From NCBI GenBank assembly GCA_963804865.1, contig CAWDSH010000001.1:466977-530976 (forward strand): 64,000 nt of DNA. The letters are read 5' to 3'. The notes below the pieces were generated by a model. The model searched no databases. It was not told where the DNA came from and saw nothing but the letters and a program-made list of their open reading frames with translations. Source of the DNA: an uncultured Chloroflexia bacterium. GTDB taxonomy: Bacteria > Chloroflexota > Anaerolineae > Anaerolineales > Anaerolineaceae. Below, one piece after another: positions 1-11,524 of this stretch. The position numbers were made by a program, and so were the translations under genes. Position 1 is the first letter of the stretch. Each line of letters starts with the position of its first letter.

Positions 1-1857
1 TTTATCCAATTAGCTTGGACTGAACTCATGAAATGCCATCCGCATGATTCGATATGCGGTTGTTCGGTGGATGAAGTCCATGAAGAAATGCGTTCAAGGT
101 TTTTGCAAGTGGATCAGATCGCCAGTGAAATAACTGCTCAAAGCCTTGATTACCTATCCTCAATAATTGATACATCACATTCAAATGACGAACCCTGCAA
201 ATTATCAGTTGTCGTGTTCAATTCTTCACCATTTCCACAAACAGGATACCTTACTACTGAAATCCCAATTCCTTTTGGGGTATCATCATTTGCTCTGATT
301 GATGAAAACAATAAGCCGATCCCATCGACATTTAAATTCACAGAGCCAAAATTCCTTTTCAAGATTGAGTATGATCGTGCCGGTGTTCTAACTGCATTGA
401 ACCGTATCCATGATAATCAGATCTCAGGAAAGTTTGTACATGATATATGTTTTGATGAAAAGAGAGATGACTCAATAATTGAAATAGCACTCGATGATGA
501 ACCTTCTCCCCAACAGGAGATCATCAAAGAAAAAATTGGTGCAATACTCAAATCACTTAAGACCAGCAAGTCTGCACGGTTTACAGTGACTGCACGACCA
601 CCTCGAATTCAATTAATCGAATTCATTGCAGCAGATGTCCCAGCAATAGGGTATAGAACATATTGGCTCAAGCCGGAATCATCGGATTTTCAAAAGGATG
701 CATTGATTTCGCAGACAGGGATTATTCAAAACGAATTTTATAAAATAATTCTCAATAAAGATACTGGGAAAATTGACATATTTGAGAAACTCACAAATGT
801 CCGTTACATTGATGTTTTAAGATTCGAAGACGGTGGTGATCGTGGGGATGAATACAACTATAATCCACCCGAAAATGATGTCCTGATTCAACCGGTAATT
901 TCTAATTTTTCTGAATACAAAACAAATCTCTCAAGTAGTCTAAAGATTAACTACGATTTTGCATTACCTGAATTCATTGAGCGATGACCGGAATCATCGA
1001 TCATCAAGACTAACCCGCTGTCCATTGAGCACAACCATCACCTTACTAAATGGGATTTCCCGTTTAGATATTGAAATCAGGTTTGAGAATAAAGTAAATG
1101 ACCATCGCCTTCGGTTTCAGCTCCATACTGGAATTCCCTCCAAAGTTGTGCTTACTGATGGGCATTTCGAAATTATGCGAGCGCAAGATTGAGAAAATCG
1201 AATTTTCAACCTGACTGGATTGAACAACCTCGCCCAGAGGTCCCACAGCGTCTCTTCGCAAATGTAAATGCAAAAGGAAAAGGCCTTATGCTCGTGAATG
1301 ATGGTCTGCCGGAAATTGGATTTCAAAATGACCAAAATAACCACGCGGTCATTTCACTTACGCTGCTTCGGTCTGTCGGCTGGCTTTCCCGGGATGACCT
1401 TTCACTCAGAAAGGGAGCTGCGGGTCCCCTCCTCCCTACTCCTGGCGCGCAGGAAATTGGCGAACATGTTTTTCATCTGGCGGTGATCCCACATTCCGGA
1501 AATTGGGAAGCACAATTGCCTGCTGCCTATGGATTTGATAATCCGATGCGCGCAGTTGTTACTTCCATTCATCCAGGAAGACTGGGATCATCTACGAGTT
1601 TCATCAGGTGTGACAATCCTCATTTTCTCATCACGGCAATCAAAAAATCAGAAGATGGAGAAGGGATTATTCTTCGCGGATATAACACAACCAACGGGAA
1701 AATTCTTGTTAAGCTTTTTCCTGTGATCAAATTCAAGCAAGTTCTTCTGGTTCAAATGGATGAAACTCCAATTACACCCATTGAATTGAATTCAAGTGGT
1801 GATTTTGAAATTGAAGTGGAGGCCAAGAAAATAATTACTGTTATGCTAAAGAATTAA
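1..1857 (+). pseudogene. GH38 alpha-mannosidase (mannosylglycerate-hydrolase-like), C-terminal ~615 codons. The 5' end lies outside the window and the frame switches twice.
   Basis: Frame 1 is open from base 1 (..WTELMKCHPHDSICGCS, the GH38 HPHDSI.G motif). The homology continues in frame 2 (959..1192, ENKVNDHRLRFQLHTG..TDGHFEI) and returns to frame 1 (1189..1857, LLRSVGWLSRDDL..GAAGPLLPTPGAQEIGEHVFHLAVIPHSGNW). The breaks are near 985 and 1190. Confidence 0.8.
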
Positions 1858-1861
1858 GGAG

Positions 1862-1887
1862 ATGGCTCCTTCTCGGAGCCATTTTTT
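1862..1887. terminator. Rho-independent terminator hairpin between the convergent mannosidase and typA genes
   Basis: atggctcc-ttctc-ggagccat followed by ttttt. It lies directly after the mannosidase stop and overlaps the typA stop. Confidence 0.6.
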
Positions 1888-3745
1888 ATTCGTTTTCTGC
1901 AAGAATTTCTTTTGACTTCTTTGTCTGCTTACCGCGCTCTTCTGTCTCAAGTATTCTCTTTCGAATCCTGAAATTAGTTGGCGTGACTTCCAGAAGCTCG
2001 TCATCAGAGAGGTATTCAATTGCTTCGTCCAGGCTCATTTCTCTTGGGGGAGTTAGTCGGATTTCTATATCTTTATTAGATGAGCGCATATTGGTCAAGT
2101 GTTTTTTCTTGCAAACGTTGACTATGAGATCGATTGGTCGGGGAGTTTCCCCCACAACCATCCCTTCGTATACTTCAATTCCAGGACCAACAAAAAGTGA
2201 TGCTCTTTCTTCAGCATTTTTTAATCCGTAGGTATATGTCGTCCCGGTTTCCCAGGCAACAACAGAGCTTGAAGTTCGAGAGATAATAGGTCCTGCCATT
2301 GGTGCATATGAGTGGAACATGGAATTCATCACGCCCATACCGTGAGTTGAAGTAAGAAATTGGTAGCGAAATCCCAATAATCCCCGTGTGGGAATTAGAT
2401 ACTTGACGTGCACACTGCCATCTGGATTATTTACCAGGTCAATCATCTTCCCCTTCCGTGGTCCAATTAGTTCAACAACAGTTCCCAATGTCTCGGCGCT
2501 GGTCTCAATATGCAATTCTTCAAATGGTTCCAGGATCTCTCCATTTTCACCATCTCTGAAGATCGCTTCCGGGCGGGAGACTTCAAACTCATATCCTTCC
2601 CTTCTCATCGTTTCAATTAGAATGGCAAGATGAAGTTCTCCCCGACCGGATACTACAAAAATATCTGGACGTTCAGTTTCCTCAACTCGTAAAGCAACAT
2701 TTTTCTTAAGTTCATTCAGTAAACGTTCTCGCAATTTTCGAGATGTCCCCCACTTTCCTTCCCGTCCGGCGAAAGGAGAAGTATTGACACCAAAAGTCAT
2801 TTTTACAGTTGGTTCTTCCACATGGATGGGTGGCAGCGCAATTGGATTTTCGGGATCAGCCAGGGTTTCACCAATTGCAATCCCCTCTAAACCAGCCAAC
2901 GCAACTATTTCTCCTGCCTCTGCCTGGTCTACTTCAATTTTGTCCAATCCCTGATGAACATACAAGTAACGAGCCTTCTCTGGAAGGATTTCTCCATTTA
3001 CCTTGATTCGTGCCAATGCCTGACCAACGGTAATTTTTCCGGCAAATATCCGACCTACAGCGGTCACTCCACGATAATCATCGTAACCTAAATTTGTAAC
3101 CAGGAGTTGCAGCGGTGATTCGATATCGACTTTTGGAGGAGGAACATTTTCCAAAATCGCTTTGAAAAGTGGCTGTAGGTTTGGCGAAAGATCCCAGGTT
3201 AATCCTGCTTGAGCAGTAATGGCATTCGCGAATATTATGGGAAATTCTGCTTGTTTGTCTGTCGCACCCAATTCGATAAAAAGATCGAATGTCGCATTGA
3301 CTGATTTATCAGGCTCCGCGTCCCGACGATCCATTTTGTTGATTACTACGATCGCACGGTGACCCATCTCCAATGCTTTCTTAAGCACAAAGCGTGTTTG
3401 CGGCATGGGTCCCTCAGCAGCATCCACGAGGAGCAGAACCCCATCCACCATATTCATCACGCGCTCAACTTCACCACCAAAGTCCGCATGGCCGGGTGTA
3501 TCAACAATATTGATTTTGATCAACTTGCCATTTTCATCAGGGATGGAGATCGCCGTGTTCTTTGCCAAGATCGTAATTCCCCGTTCGCGCTCAAGGTCGT
3601 TTGAATCCATGATCCTTTCAGCGACCTGTTGGTTCTCTCTAAATACGCGAGCTTGTTTCAACATACCATCCACCAATGTCGTTTTTCCGTGATCGACATG
3701 CGCGATGATGGCTATATTCCTGATATCCGAGCGTTCTCTTAGCAT
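1886..3745 (-). CDS. typA: Translational GTPase TypA/BipA
   Basis: 619-aa ORF with G motifs [18 protein letters not shown] and NKMD. The domain order over the full length is BipA-like. Confidence 0.96.
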   Translation of the reverse strand: MLRERSDIRNIAIIAHVDHGKTTLVDGMLKQARVFRENQQVAERIMDSNDLERERGITILAKNTAISIPDENGKLIKINIVDTPGHADFGGEVERVMNMVDGVLLLVDAAEGPMPQTRFVLKKALEMGHRAIVVINKMDRRDAEPDKSVNATFDLFIELGATDKQAEFPIIFANAITAQAGLTWDLSPNLQPLFKAILENVPPPKVDIESPLQLLVTNLGYDDYRGVTAVGRIFAGKITVGQALARIKVNGEILPEKARYLYVHQGLDKIEVDQAEAGEIVALAGLEGIAIGETLADPENPIALPPIHVEEPTVKMTFGVNTSPFAGREGKWGTSRKLRERLLNELKKNVALRVEETERPDIFVVSGRGELHLAILIETMRREGYEFEVSRPEAIFRDGENGEILEPFEELHIETSAETLGTVVELIGPRKGKMIDLVNNPDGSVHVKYLIPTRGLLGFRYQFLTSTHGMGVMNSMFHSYAPMAGPIISRTSSSVVAWETGTTYTYGLKNAEERASLFVGPGIEVYEGMVVGETPRPIDLIVNVCKKKHLTNMRSSNKDIEIRLTPPREMSLDEAIEYLSDDELLEVTPTNFRIRKRILETEERGKQTKKSKEILAENE

Positions 3746-4002
3746 TTATTTGACTTTCTTTCATCAACTGCAATATACAACGACCCCGGAAACCTTACCG
3801 AGGTCGCACAATTCTATTTTATCAGATTAATATAACAATGAATAGATTCCCGGAATTTGCTGTCGAATCTGATTTTTGCGAATCACATCTTTGTAGATAG
3901 TATGAAAAAGAATTCGAAGCGGCATCATGCAAGAAAGGAACGAAAAAAAATGAGAAGAGTTACCAGGAATACATTTCAACTGCCGCAGATATTAAAACAA
4001 GA

Positions 4003-4033
4003 AAGGAGCTTGCAAGCTCCTTGGTTGTTTTTA
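4003..4033 (-). terminator. Palindromic hairpin downstream of phnE
   Basis: aaggagct-tgca-agctcctt, flanked by T-rich sequence on both strands (tcttgtttt on the minus strand, ggttgttttt on the plus strand). Confidence 0.5.
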
Positions 4034-4079
4034 GAATAGAAAAGGAATTATTAATAACCAATCCGGAATTCAAAAAAGA

Positions 4080-6008
4080 TTACACAAATTCCTCGCGGAT
4101 CTTTGCACTTGCGAAATCCATTAAAGCAACAATTATCACAATTGCAAGGATGACTGTACCTGCCTTGTGATACTGCAAACTTCCGAAAAACATCGAAAGC
4201 ATCATTCCAATGCCTCCGCCGCCGGCAAAGCCAATAATCGTTGCCATGCGAATGTTAATATCCCATTGGTAAATAAGGTAGGACAAGAAAGGTGGAACTA
4301 TTTGCGGAACAATTGCGTAAACGATTGTTTGTATTTTATTCGCTCCGGAGGCGTTGATTGCTTCGATCGGGCCTGGATCAATATTTTCGATTGCCTCGGA
4401 GAAAAGCTTACCCACCAAGGCAAACGAGGTAATCGCCAGTGCAAGCGTGCCAGCAAATGGTCCAATTCCCACCCAGAAAACAAATATTGCTACATAGAGG
4501 ATGGCTTCGATGGAACGAAGAATATTAAAAGTTGATCTCGTGATATAGAAAATCCAGATTAATAACTTGCTTTTCCCGGTGAGGTTCTTGGCTGCCAAAA
4601 AGCTGAATGGAATGGCTAAAAGTCCACCCAGCGTGGTAGCCATAAAAGCCTGCATTGTCGTGATGATCAATTCCCTAATAACATTGTTCACAACCTTTGA
4701 GCTCAAATCGATTGAAACAAAGTCTTTTAATAATCGCCCAAATGTTGGACCCGGATCAAACAAGCTTTTTAGGTCAATCTTGGTTATTTCCAAACAATAC
4801 AGAAAAACTACAACACCAAGGAATATGTAAATGATAGTGCGAACTTTTTTCCAGGTGGGAACTTTGTCAACAGTCTTAGGCTGATCTTTCAGGATATTAA
4901 AACGCCATTTGCTGCTGATGAAATCCACAATAATGATCACAACAGCGACTGCCCATAGCGCTGCTGCATACTGTTGATAACCACCCAACCTAATAGTCTC
5001 GAGGACAAAGAAGCCAATCCCACCACCGGCGACAAAGCCAATGACGGTCGCTGAACGCATATTGATATCCCAGCGAAGAAGTGTATAAGAAAGGAATGAC
5101 GGGATGATCTGTGGTATTACTGCGTATCGAATGACTTGAAAGAAATTCCCGCCAGTTGCCTCTATTGCTTCTACAGGTCCAGGATCGATGTGTTCAATTT
5201 CCTCAGAATAAAGTTTTCCTAGAGCAGCAACGGAATGAATCGTTAGAGCGATTACACCCGCAAAGGACCCCAATCCTACCCATACTATAATAATCAACCC
5301 CCAAACTACTGTGTCCACAGCACGAACAACATTAAGGATGGTACGAGTAATATAATAAACCACCGTACCCCCCGGTACTCGCCGCATTATATTATGGGCT
5401 GCCAAGAAACTGATGGGTACAGCAAAGATTGTTGAGAATAATGTGGCCAATAAACCGATCGCAATGGTTTCAACAATTTTTCCAGTTTCGAATCCGGGGA
5501 TGCGTTGACTTTGTGTGGCTTTACCCAGAAGAACCATCCAATTTGGAGCAGTGATAGTGCCATTCTGACCAAAGATCCTTCCTACATTCTCACTTACAAA
5601 AACATTGGGTGCATTTTCACCCTGAATTTTGGCATTTGTATAATTCCAAAGACACTTCCAACCACAGACAACAACCCTGTCGCCTTCATAGGTGGAAAAA
5701 AAATCAGGATTGACTAATTTTTCCGCAACGGTCTTCGCGTCATTAAATCTGGTAATCAGTCGTTCCATTTTAACGCCTGTGACTGACCAGCCAATAACAT
5801 ATAAAATCATAACAGCAGATAGGAAGGCAATTATGGGGGATGATTTTTTGTTATTTGCAATTGAAAAAGAATCATAAATATTCCAAAGGTAAAATGCAAA
5901 TAATGGGACCAGCAACCAGTTGAAAGTTTTAATTTCATTGAGTTGAATCTTCCCAATCTCATAATTTACGAACGACCAATTTACCAAAAACCCGAGGATT
6001 AAAAACAT
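4080..6008 (-). CDS. phnE: Phosphonate ABC transporter permease, with two PhnE modules fused in one polypeptide
   Basis: 642-aa polytopic ORF that carries the PhnE signature twice: EAIEATGGNFFQVIRYAVIPQIIPSFLSY..RWDINMRSATVIGFVAGGGIG and EAINASGANKIQTIVYAIVPQIVPPFLSY..QWDINIRMATIIGFAGGGGIG. Confidence 0.88.
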   Translation of the reverse strand: MFLILGFLVNWSFVNYEIGKIQLNEIKTFNWLLVPLFAFYLWNIYDSFSIANNKKSSPIIAFLSAVMILYVIGWSVTGVKMERLITRFNDAKTVAEKLVNPDFFSTYEGDRVVVCGWKCLWNYTNAKIQGENAPNVFVSENVGRIFGQNGTITAPNWMVLLGKATQSQRIPGFETGKIVETIAIGLLATLFSTIFAVPISFLAAHNIMRRVPGGTVVYYITRTILNVVRAVDTVVWGLIIIVWVGLGSFAGVIALTIHSVAALGKLYSEEIEHIDPGPVEAIEATGGNFFQVIRYAVIPQIIPSFLSYTLLRWDINMRSATVIGFVAGGGIGFFVLETIRLGGYQQYAAALWAVAVVIIIVDFISSKWRFNILKDQPKTVDKVPTWKKVRTIIYIFLGVVVFLYCLEITKIDLKSLFDPGPTFGRLLKDFVSIDLSSKVVNNVIRELIITTMQAFMATTLGGLLAIPFSFLAAKNLTGKSKLLIWIFYITRSTFNILRSIEAILYVAIFVFWVGIGPFAGTLALAITSFALVGKLFSEAIENIDPGPIEAINASGANKIQTIVYAIVPQIVPPFLSYLIYQWDINIRMATIIGFAGGGGIGMMLSMFFGSLQYHKAGTVILAIVIIVALMDFASAKIREEFV

Positions 6009-6173
6009 GATCAGAATCGTTATGCCCCGCCATGTTCTTTTATATATTAATTGACTGGATCCTGGGATCAGGATGGAGAAAAAAGGTGAGTAATTTATTG
6101 AAAACGCTTGTTATGGACTTCTGTGATGGATCAGGTTTCATTTTGATCAATTTATTGCCAGGATTTTGAGAGA

Positions 6174-6945
6174 TTAGACCACTTCAATTCTTTCAGCTTC
6201 TTTTCCATAAATCTCTTTAAACTGGACATCATCAATTTCCTTCGGTAATCCTTCAAAAACCAATAAACCGTCTTTGAGTGCGATAGCCCTGGTAGCATAC
6301 CGATGGACAAGGTCAAGAAAATGAAGACTGCAAATGACTGTCATTCCAAATTCTTTATTCAACTTCTCCAGATATTTTAAGATTGAATGTGCCAGAACGG
6401 GATCAAGCGATGCCACTGGCTCGTCGGCAAGAATCAGTTTAGGTTCCTGCATTAGCGCACGGGCAATGCCAACTCTTTGTTGCTGCCCGCCGGACAATGA
6501 ATCCGCCCGCACATCAATCTTTTCGGTAAGTCCAACCATATCCAAAGTTTTTTTAACACGCTCATGATCTTCCTTTGAGAAAAATATGAAAAAGGCTGGG
6601 TAAGGTAGGAGCATAGCCCAATCGACCTGATAGCACGTTTGTATTAACTGAAGACCTTTTTACCAAATTAAATTGCTGAAAGACCATACCGATCTGACGG
6701 CGAATATTGCGGATGTCCTTACCGGTTGCCGCAGTGATATCCACCCCATTCCAGGTGATTTTTCCTGATGTAGGTTCGATCAACCGGTTGATACATCTCA
6801 GCAAGGTCGATTTTCCCGAACCACTTAATCCGATGACGGCCATGAATTCGCCTTCCTGAACTTCAAAGCTCACATCTTTTATTGCCTGAGTTCCATTTGG
6901 GTAGGTCTTACATAAATTTTCGATTTTTAACATTTGTGATTCCAA
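6174..6945 (-). pseudogene. phnC: Phosphonate ABC transporter ATPase PhnC, split by one frame change (or an assembly indel)
   Basis: ORF 6562..6945 has the Walker A motif GLSGSGKST. ORF 6174..6614 has LSGGQQQRVGIARAL and Walker B LILADEP. Together the two overlapping ORFs reconstitute one ABC ATPase. Confidence 0.85.
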
Positions 6946-6994
6946 CCTGGAGATGGGATTTGGTAAATTCTATCATATACACAAATAATGTATT

Positions 6995-7028
6995 AAATAA
7001 AAAACTGGCAGGTCTCTCGACCTGCCAG
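6995..7028 (-). terminator. Intra-operon hairpin/attenuator after phnD
   Basis: On the minus strand, ctggcaggtc-gaga-gacctgccag is followed by ttttttattt. It sits between the phnD stop (7039) and the phnC start. Confidence 0.6.
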
Positions 7029-7038
7029 AATGACTAAA

Positions 7039-8067
7039 TTACTTGACCAACGAAGCAGGATCAACACCCGCATCTAACATTGTTTGCGCAAATTCATCAT
7101 AGAATGTGGGATCAATCTTGACCAATCCATTGATGTTATACAGATCCTTCAATAACTTTTTTCCTGCTTCATCTTCAGACATTTTCAAAAATGCAGCAAC
7201 TATCTGCTCTTTCAACGCAGGATCAAAATTCTTTATAAATTGGATCCCATCATTGGGGATTGGGTCCGTATCATAAAAAACGACAACCTTCTCCATGACA
7301 TCGGGATAGGTTGCAACAAGGTCCGCGGAAGCATCTGAGCGGATATCAATATATGTTACCCCAGCGTCACAATCACCTTTATAGACCGCGACACCCACGT
7401 TGTTGTGAGAACCAGCGTTGGTGGCAATGATGTCGCCAGCCTCAGCATCGATGCCATTGGCTTTTAGGATGATATTCGGCACGATATAGCCCGAGGTGGA
7501 ATTGGGGTCTACAAAACAGAAAGTTTTACCTTTGAGATCTGCCAATGTCGTAATCCCGGAATCCTTTTGGGTAATGAATTGACCCCGATAATAGGGTTGC
7601 ATGGTACCCGCAAGGTCTTTATCCGGGCTGACGTCATTTACCGCCAATTTACGTACGACGGCAAGTGCGGGATCAACTCCATATTTGGCTTCAGCAAGCA
7701 GAACTGAGAAGGTATTCAGGAAACCAATCTGTGCCTTCTCTGCGCCCATGGCTTCAATGGAAGCGGCAAAACTGGTCCCGACTTCGATCTTGAAAAATAG
7801 ACCGGTCTCAGCCCATAACCAATCTGCAATTCCTTGTCCGGCGAGCGTGATTTTGCCAGTATCACCAGATGGAACAAAGGTGATTACGCAAGGATCGCCG
7901 GGGTCGCCACAGGTAATGTAGGGAACAGCAGTCGGTTCCGGTGTTGGTGGAACCTCGGTTGGTTCTACCACCGGTGCTTCAGTCGGTACAGGGGTGGCTG
8001 TCTGACAGGCGGTGAATAACATTGCGCCTACGGTCAACAAAGCGAACAACAAATAACTCTTACGCAT
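7039..8067 (-). CDS. phnD: Phosphonate/phosphite ABC substrate-binding lipoprotein PhnD
   Basis: PhnD-family pattern (ITFVPSGDTG.., QKDSGITTLADLKGKTFCFVDPNSTSGYIVP). Start trimmed to MRKSYLLFALLTVGAMLFTAC (lipobox), which is preceded by a GGAGAGGAG Shine-Dalgarno sequence. Confidence 0.85.
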   Translation of the reverse strand: MRKSYLLFALLTVGAMLFTACQTATPVPTEAPVVEPTEVPPTPEPTAVPYITCGDPGDPCVITFVPSGDTGKITLAGQGIADWLWAETGLFFKIEVGTSFAASIEAMGAEKAQIGFLNTFSVLLAEAKYGVDPALAVVRKLAVNDVSPDKDLAGTMQPYYRGQFITQKDSGITTLADLKGKTFCFVDPNSTSGYIVPNIILKANGIDAEAGDIIATNAGSHNNVGVAVYKGDCDAGVTYIDIRSDASADLVATYPDVMEKVVVFYDTDPIPNDGIQFIKNFDPALKEQIVAAFLKMSEDEAGKKLLKDLYNINGLVKIDPTFYDEFAQTMLDAGVDPASLVK

Positions 8068-8195
8068 ATTACTTCTCCTCTCCAAAGATTTGAATTTGGG
8101 AATATTGAATGTGCCTTTGCACAATATTTATCATAACAAAAAGAAGTTATCTTTACAAGATGATTATCTTAATAAATGTGAACAAGTGACATTTA

Positions 8196-10311
8196 TCAAG
8201 GCAATCTCGCTGCAGGATCACCAAAAAGCAGATAAGTTAGGAGCACATCCTTATCTTTGGCATTGGTGATGATCTGTTTCCCCTGAACTTGAACCCATAA
8301 CTCTCCAATCGTCAAATACTTGTTGGAAGCAATTTCTTCAGCTAGAGCTGTACTCAACTGATCCTGAGAGTCTGATAATGTAAGACTTGTAGGAGCAATA
8401 ATCGCGATAGGCCCGTTTTCATAAAGTAGGAGTTTTTCAGAAATTGAATCATATTCTGGATGAATAAAATACCCAGTCAGGCAGGTGAAATTTACAACAA
8501 GAGGCGCAAAATCCGCTGCCAACTCGTTTTCAAGGTCATCATCTCGTAATATATCTTCCCTCCCCCACATCTGAATGGCGCCATGACCAAAATAGATCAA
8601 CCAGTCATTAATTATTTTCGAAGATGACAGCTCTGGATGAGTCCAAACCGAAGCCGATCCTTGTCGTAGCTATTCCATCTTCTAGATTCGTATGACCGCA
8701 TGGCATCCGAGAATGATGCCACCGCATCGCCGAATTCACTCTCTGTTTCGGCTACAATCCCGATTTGAATATTTCTCTCTTTTCGATCGGAAATTGAGTT
8801 CTCATACACGATCAATTTACTAATATAGCCTTCAATTTCATCCGGTTCGCTGAATGGGATTCGACCCAGCGCCACGTCGGGCAGCCCATCACCATTTAAA
8901 TCAGTTAAAGGAATATCGGTAACTGTTTCACCGCCAAAAAGCGACGAATAAAACACTGGTGGCAACCAATTCTCCGATGTTTTTGAGATAAATCCCTTGA
9001 GATCGTAGCTCGAATCACCCACCAGCAATATATTGATCGGTCTAATCTTCCATTCCTGGTTTGCCCACTTCAGAAAGGATCTAACAGCCATCGGATCTGG
9101 TATTCCGTCATTAAAATTGTCATATATCGACTGCCATGACACAACAACTACAGTATGACCTTGCGACTGCCTGTATCCTACTAATCGAGAAAGAGAGTTC
9201 TTGATCTTCTCGGGAACGATAATCACGTAATCGCCACCCTCCATATCCTGAAACAATCCCGTGGCCTCTGCTAACCTCGAAATTTCCGGGTTGATCATAT
9301 CGTTAGTTTCCATAAGCAGATAATGATGACCTGGTACGGTTTTTATTGCGAGATTGTATGTTGAACTCTCATAGATACCGAGAAAGGTAGGAGTAGATAG
9401 ATCTGTCACGTCAAAGCTTAATACTTGTTCCATCAAGTCCTGTGATCAAATGTGACTCTTCCGTTGCAAAGAATTCGATTTGATTCTCCAAAGCTGATAA
9501 AAGTCTGGAGTAATTTAGATCTATAGCATCTAAAAATATCAAGTCGTTTGAAGAATCCGCAAATTTGGGACGTTCGATTATCAAGTGATTATCGTTTTCT
9601 TTGAACAGTTCGTTTGAAATGGTGATATTTGCTTGATATGACTCAATTCCCTCCCAGGATATTTCCTCAATTGGATGACCATTCAAGCTAATGGACAAAG
9701 AATGGTCTGGAGAATTCGGATTTGTCGTCCCCGACCAGAGATATAACGACATATCGATCTGCCCGGGTTGAATCAACGGTAAATCAAAGATAACTTCAAT
9801 GCTATTGGAAGGTGTAACAGTCTTCCAATACCAATGCGAGATCCCTTGCGCTTCCGGCACATACAAAAGGTTATTTTCTAAATGGATAACGGAACGACCC
9901 GTTTCATATCCCTGTAAATTCCCAGCATCACGGATAATGTCATCTCCTTGGATGATTTCCGGATGGATTGATACACCACCAACATTGTTTTTGAGAATAT
10001 AGACATTACCATTGAAATATGGACTTGAATTCTTCTCACCATAAAAAATGATACGTTTTTCGCTCTCAGTAAGCAGAATCGATCCAAAAAGGAATAGGTT
10101 TTTCATTATTGAATAGAGCCAGGTTTTCATAATCATCAACAATAAATCCATACTTTTTCAAAAGGGAATCTGGGATCGCATAAAATGATTCCTCATCAAT
10201 GGTGACTTTTAGTTCGTTGACTGTCTCATTGATCTTTTGTTCAGGGACACATGAGAACAATAGACTGGTAATTAGAAATACCCATATTTTGCGCCGAGTA
10301 TTTCGATTCAT
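8196..10311 (-). pseudogene. Gingipain-like peptidase C25 lipoprotein, shorter paralog of 11950..14985, split into four ORFs
   Basis: The fragments 10066..10311 (lipobox LLFSC), 9411..10151, 8612..9436 and 8196..8600 are collinear with the 1065-aa paralog. The His motif (IYFGHGA) and the Cys motif (NFTCLTGYF) are retained, as is the C-terminal FGDPAARLP (FGDPATQLRIP in the paralog). Confidence 0.75.
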
Positions 10312-11246
10312 GATTCATTCTCAGACTTTCTTCTCCTCTTTTTTATAAGCACCAATATGATATAAAGAAAAGCCGCCAGGAAAAGAACAATCGAGAAAGT
10401 AATCGCTATTTTTAGTAAAGAATCAGACTGTTTATTATAGTAAATTGGCGTGGGAGTTGGTGATAATCCAAGTGGGGGTATCTTTGTCAACGTTGCGGTT
10501 TTTGTTGGTGTCCCCGATGTCGCACTTGGTTCAAGGGACATGGTTATTGTTGATGTATTTGATGGTAAAGGTGATGCTGTTCTCGTCCAGGTGGATGATC
10601 GATAGATCACATTACTCAGTGTTCGAGTTTTTGTAACTGTCCGCGTTACTGTCTTGGTATGAGGTGTTGATGTGATCTTGGTTTGTGTTGGTGTTCTGGT
10701 TCTTGTGGTTGTTTTTGTTCTAGTTGCAGTTGAAGTCTGAGTAAGGGTGACTGTTCTTGACGGGGTTAAAGTCCATGTTGTTGTGCGTGTTGGTGTAAAA
10801 GTAAATGTTGCATTACGAGTTCTGGTCACTGTGGGCGTGAAGGTCCCAAATCCAAAAGTTGTGAAAATCGGTCCATAAAACTCGGATTGATTATTAAAAT
10901 CAACCACTTCAAGTTTATAGAAATATGTCTCACCAATTAGTGGAGTAGTATCTTCAAATGAATATTCTGCGCCTTCGATGCTTCCCCCAGTATGAGCAAT
11001 GAGATCATCGTGAATCCGCAAATAGGTCCCATTTTCTGCATTTGAGCGCAGCACATAGAATCCAAGAATATCAAACTCGGATGCCGTGCCCCAATTGATC
11101 AGAATACTACCTGTTCCTGGCTCAGCGGTGAAATAGGTAAGTGTAACTGCAGCTTGGACAACACCTGGTAGGATAAACAACATCCCAATAATTGCACCCA
11201 GCAGTAATAGCCGGAAAAGTCTAGTCAGCAGGCGTTTTATCGGCAA
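10308..11246 (-). CDS. Secreted, C-terminally anchored protein: signal peptide, FN3/Ig-like beta-sandwich, long Thr-rich linker, TM helix and basic tail
   Basis: TTG start. Signal peptide RLLLLGAIIGMLFILPGVVQA. Beta-sandwich pattern INWGTASEFDILGFYVLRS..YSFEDT..YFYKLEVVD. C-terminus IAITFSIVLFLAAFLYIILVLIKKRRRK. Confidence 0.7.
   Translation of the reverse strand: MPIKRLLTRLFRLLLLGAIIGMLFILPGVVQAAVTLTYFTAEPGTGSILINWGTASEFDILGFYVLRSNAENGTYLRIHDDLIAHTGGSIEGAEYSFEDTTPLIGETYFYKLEVVDFNNQSEFYGPIFTTFGFGTFTPTVTRTRNATFTFTPTRTTTWTLTPSRTVTLTQTSTATRTKTTTRTRTPTQTKITSTPHTKTVTRTVTKTRTLSNVIYRSSTWTRTASPLPSNTSTITMSLEPSATSGTPTKTATLTKIPPLGLSPTPTPIYYNKQSDSLLKIAITFSIVLFLAAFLYIILVLIKKRRRKSENES
10449..10844 (-). 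repeat. Low-complexity coding region with alternating Thr (TxTxT, TRT/TPT/TKT) of about 130 codons
   Basis: TFTPTVTRTRNATFTFTPTRTTTWTLTPSRTVTLTQTSTATRTKTTTRTRTPTQTKITSTPHTKTVTRTVTKTRT... This is a compositional repeat, not an exact tandem repeat. Confidence 0.8.
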
Positions 11247-11524
11247 CTATCCCTGCTTTTTGCAAATGCTTTATAAAACTATCTGTTTCGATTAATGCTT
11301 TATCCGGACTTACATCAAATTCCTGGTAAATGATATCTGCGATTTCCGTTCACGGAACGCTGGCTATTGATCAATTGCCAAATTCTCGTTCCAACTTCAT
11401 TCAGGACTTTTACTTTGCCTTTATCAGGAATAACGATAATAGCGCCATCATCCACCGGCTCACCAATGACATCAACGCAGAGCTGGGGTACAAACGAATA
11501 GTCATTGTGTGTCTCTTTTTTCAT
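11221..11524 (-). pseudogene. PqqD-family (RRE-type) peptide-binding protein of about 100 aa, with one 1-nt frame disruption near 11350 (possibly an assembly indel)
   Basis: ORF 11315..11524 reads ..DDGAIIVIPDKGKVKVLNEVGTRIWQLINSQRSV. The next frame continues TEIADIIYQEFDVSPDKALIETDSFIKHLQKAGIV to a TAG at 11221. This fits the PqqD pattern (LN.tg..iW.li.g.rsv.eI...i...y.v......D...Fi..L...Giv). The ATGA start overlaps the upstream S26 gene. Confidence 0.75.

Noticed and set aside
3857-4039. A 60-aa highly basic ORF in the typA/phnE intergenic region.
   Set aside because: The sequence is low-complexity Lys/Arg, with no Shine-Dalgarno sequence and no recognisable family. Its 3' end overlaps the phnE terminator hairpin. 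It is most likely a chance ORF.
10449-10844. GT-rich repetitive DNA (gttggtgt, gttcttgt and similar), considered as a satellite or variable-number tandem repeat.
   Set aside because: It is the antisense of ACN-rich Thr codons inside an open reading frame. The repeat is compositional, with no exact unit length.
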